The notes under the pieces: generated by a model
Database searches by the model: none
Seen by the model: the letters and a program-made list of their open reading frames with translations, nothing else
Told to the model about the DNA's origin: nothing
Shown here: positions 60,600-64,000 of the stretch, one piece after another
Layout of the letters: every line of letters begins with the position of its first letter
Numbering within the stretch: position 1 is the first letter of the stretch
Assembly: GCF_016433145.1 (NCBI RefSeq)
Contig: NC_058134.1
Span: 10,482,189 to 10,546,188, forward strand
Reading direction: 5' to 3'
Source of the DNA: Gracilinanus agilis
Taxonomy: Eukaryota
Length of the DNA stretch: 64,000 nucleotides
Made by a program: the position numbers and the translations under genes

Positions 60600-62470
60600 A
60601 AGGGAATGGAATGAAGAATCAAACTAAGAAATGAGTATGTGATAAAAACTGTGATTACAAAAGGTTTTAATCAAAATGATGGAGATAAATAGAAATCATT
60701 ATAGAGGTGGAAGGGGTAATAGATAATGGATGAGACAAGGAACCTGAAAAATAATTAGAAAGGAAAATGTAGGCAAGTGGAACAAAGACATACAGCAAAC
60801 AACAGTAAAGATTATAATAATCTGGTATTTGAAAGAACCATAGATCTAGGTTTTGGGGATAACAAACTAGTGTTTGGAAAAAATGTTAGAATAACTATAA
60901 ACTAGTTTGGCAGAAACTAGATGTAGACCTATAGCTTATACCATTCACTAGTATAAGATCTAAATGGAAAAAATTATCTAAACATAAAAGGAGATATCAT
61001 TGTAAATTAGAAGAACAGGGAACATGCTAGTTATCAGATTTATGGATAGGAGGGGAATTTCCTACATAGAGTCAAAAAGAGATGGGGAGCATTGTGAAAT
61101 GTAAAATGGATAATTTTGAATACAGTAAATTGAATAAAAGAAAATAAATGTTGCCAAGATTAAAAGGAAAACAGAATATTGAGATTTTTATGGATAGCCC
61201 ATTAGATAGAGGTCTCATATCTAAAACATATAATGAACTTTGTCAAATTTATAAAAATAAGAGCCATTTACTAACTGATAAATGGAGAAAAGATATGAAC
61301 AATTTTCAGTTGAAATCAAAGCCATATATAGATACGTGAAAAAAATGTTCTAAATCACTACTTATTAGAGAAATGAAAACAAAGCAATTCTGAGATAACA
61401 CTTCTCACTCACCAAGCTGGCTATAATGACAAAAGGTTAAAATGATAAATGTTGGAGGGCATGTGGAAAAATCAGTGCATTAATGCATTGTTGGTGGAAC
61501 TGTGTACTGATCCAACCATTTTGGAAAACAATTTGGATTTACACCCTGAGAGTTATAAAACTGTGTATATCCTCAGATCCAGCAATACCGTTGCTGGGCC
61601 TACTTTCCAAGGAGATTAGGGAAAGAGGAAAAGAAACCAAATGTTCCAAAATATTGATAGCAGCTCTCTTTGTGGCAAAGAATTGGAAACTGAGAAGATG
61701 CCCACCAATTGGGGAATTGCTAAACAGATTATGGTACATCATTGTGATGGAATACTACTGTGCCATAAGAAATGATACATAAACTAATTTAAAAAACTGG
61801 AAAGAACTATATAAGATAATGAACAAAGAAATGAATAGGACTAGGGGAACATTATACACAACTACAGAACTAATACTAGAATAATAAACTGAGAATGTTA
61901 TCTCCAGAAAGTGAACAGAAAGATAGAGCAGGAAAGACAGTTCATTTATTTGTTTGTTTGTTCATTTGTTTATTTATTTATATATTTATTTGCTGAAACC
62001 CTTACTTTCCCTCTTGGAATCAATACTGTGTATTGGTTCCAAGGCAGAAGAGTGATAAGGGCTAGGTAATGGGGGTTAAGTGACTTGCCCAGGGTCATAC
62101 AGTTTGGAAGTGTCTGAGGCCAGATTTGAACCTAGGACCTCCCATCTCTTGGCCTGACTCTTAATCCACTGAGCTTCCCAGCTGCCCCCAGGAAAGACAA
62201 TTTATATGAAGATAATGATCTCCGTGATGATATTCTATGTGAAGTAGGTAGGGTGGGGAGGGGTTGGGACACTAATGGATAGTATCTGTTGTATAATGAT
62301 GAAGAGAAATAAGTTAAACCTGTAGGAGATCTGTGATTTCATTTGTGATAGCTTCTTTTACTTTATATATAGAAATGCTTGTTTATTTGGAATTTTAGAC
62401 ATTTAGAAAAACAAAAAAGGAAAGAAAGGGCTAAAATATAATTTAATTGGTGTTGTTAATTTAAAAAAAT
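60600..62470 (+). mobile_element. Old 5'-truncated L1 (ORF2 3' part and 3'UTR), split by a SINE
   Basis: ORF 61483-61782 MHCWWNC..DPAIPLLGL..AALFVAKNWKLRRCP..WYIIVMEYYCAIRND is the L1 ORF2 C-terminus. Confidence 0.85.
61943..62188 (-). mobile_element. SINE1_Mdo-like SINE with (TTTA/TTTG) tail
   Basis: About 85% similar by eye to 12957-13158 in reverse complement. TSD CAGGAAAGACAGTT (61929-61942) / CAGGAAAGACAATT (62189-62202). Confidence 0.9.
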
Positions 62471-64000
62471 AATTGCCCTAATAGCATTTTACATTAATAA
62501 TTGTTTTTGCTAAAATCCTTATTTCCTGTGTTTTTTCTTTTTATAACATAATATATGTATATATAATTTATGATATATAAATATAATATATAAATGAAAC
62601 TTGACTCAAAGGTATCCTTGGGAATTCTGTGAATCTGGTAGAGCACCCAGTTGTCTGCCTACTCTTAGGAACTATTGGTCTAATTACCTCAATGATTATA
62701 TTATTATTTTTAAACCTTTAGTCCATTATCAGTAACATCTTCCATGTTTCACCACTATTTCCCCAAGACAGAGTACCTTTGTATTCCAATCATTTGCCCT
62801 CTGTAGCCCTGGACTTTTCAACCTGATTATGCCCATCATGTCTGGATTGACTCGCTTCATAAACCTCAATGTTTCCACTCCCCTCTGAATGGGGATTTAC
62901 TCTTTCTTTATATGATAGCCTCAATTGGCTTGTTATTTGGAGCTCCTTGTGTTAGGTCAGTGATGTTACCCTCATGCCAATGAGAAAAAGTAAAATGAGG
63001 AGGACAAGTTATGGTGGAAGCTGAATGAAGTCAATGGCCAAGTCTAGGGCAGACCTTTCAACCCAACAGTAGCTGCAATGACTGTAGGTTTCTTGGCTGT
63101 TTCCCATATTCTAGGATACCGACAGACAATCGGTAATCATGGAAACATTCCCAATCTTGTGCGCACCATTGTCCTACCAGACTTCATGCAGAGTGAAATG
63201 AGGAGCTCTCATCCTTCCCAAGTTGCACTGGAATGACCTTGCCTCAGCATCCATCTAAATGGCTAATTATGGAGCATTCAGCCCAGACCACATTAGCAGA
63301 GCCAATGTTTGCTCTATCTACTCCCCGCACATCTGTTGTCTCTTTAGTGCTGGGCTTTGGGTTAGGGGACCTGAATCCTGCTGCTTTCTTTAATGCATAT
63401 TTGAAAAGAATGTGCTTCTGCAATATTGTGGTCCTCAGAGATATTGCATCATCATTTCAGCTAAAGGTTTGTGGCCTGAGTAGCTGGGAATGATGGATAG
63501 GCTAACAAATGGCTGACCCATTCATTCTAATGACTGAAATAATTAAACCTCATCCAATTATTTCAAGCATTAAGATGAATTTCACTGAAAACACAGTGAT
63601 CTCCACAATTTAGGACTCTGCTATAATAGTGTTGCTTGGATTTGTTTAAGAGTCAATATAATATAGAGTTGAGCTCAGCAGGAGCTAATGTCATAAATTA
63701 AAGGAAATGGAAGGACCTCAAAAGAAAAGCATTGTTTGGTTTTGTTTGTTGTTTTTTATTCTTTGGGTTAAAGAAGAGACTCAAATGAGAAACAGGACTA
63801 CTGTTGGGGACAGATAGGACAAGTAATCAATCACCAAGCATTTATGACTCTCCTACCATGTGCCAAGTACTGGGCTAGGTGCTGGATGATAACTGGTGAC
63901 AGAGAAAAGGCAGAACTTCTCAATTAATTTTTTTTCCCTGCCAACAAGAATGACTGTAGGAAGGCAAAGGAGAATAATAAAGGGCTATTAGAGAGTCATG

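Noticed and set aside
1-64000. Flanking HDAC9 exons (VDSDT..GELK upstream; TIV.P...SAGFDA downstream), CRISPR arrays, operons or a novel multi-gene system
   Set aside because: None seen. The window is intronic mammalian DNA, and the neighbouring exons appear to lie outside it.

Overview
Eukaryotic, non-primate mammalian DNA, most likely a didelphid marsupial such as Monodelphis (inferred from SINE1_Mdo-, MAR1- and L1_Mdo-like repeats). The window lies inside HDAC9 on the + strand. It holds four coding exons of the class IIa deacetylase domain (17969-18024, 18276-18363, 31086-31205, 31521-31618; about human exons 18-21, numbering from memory), all with GT-AG boundaries and a continuous reading frame. 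The rest is intron, largely L1, CORE-SINE (MIR/MAR1), SINE1, CR1/L3, L2, a hAT MITE, microsatellites and three N gaps. No prokaryotic systems, CRISPR arrays or RNA genes are supported. The most interesting signal is regulatory. In human and mouse this part of HDAC9 is known to host limb/craniofacial enhancers for the neighbouring TWIST1 gene. Here I see a CpG-dense block over exons 18-19, two near-identical RFX X-boxes flanking an ~800-nt polypurine tract, two homeodomain+E-box composites with identical spacing, HOX13/PBX/TCF motif clusters and candidate CTCF sites. Other oddities: a candidate stop-containing microexon in an antisense L1 5'UTR, a duplicated L1 promoter module, and a 31-bp dispersed duplication. 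All conservation and function statements are inference; no alignment or database search was run, and repeat family names and most repeat boundaries are by-eye estimates.
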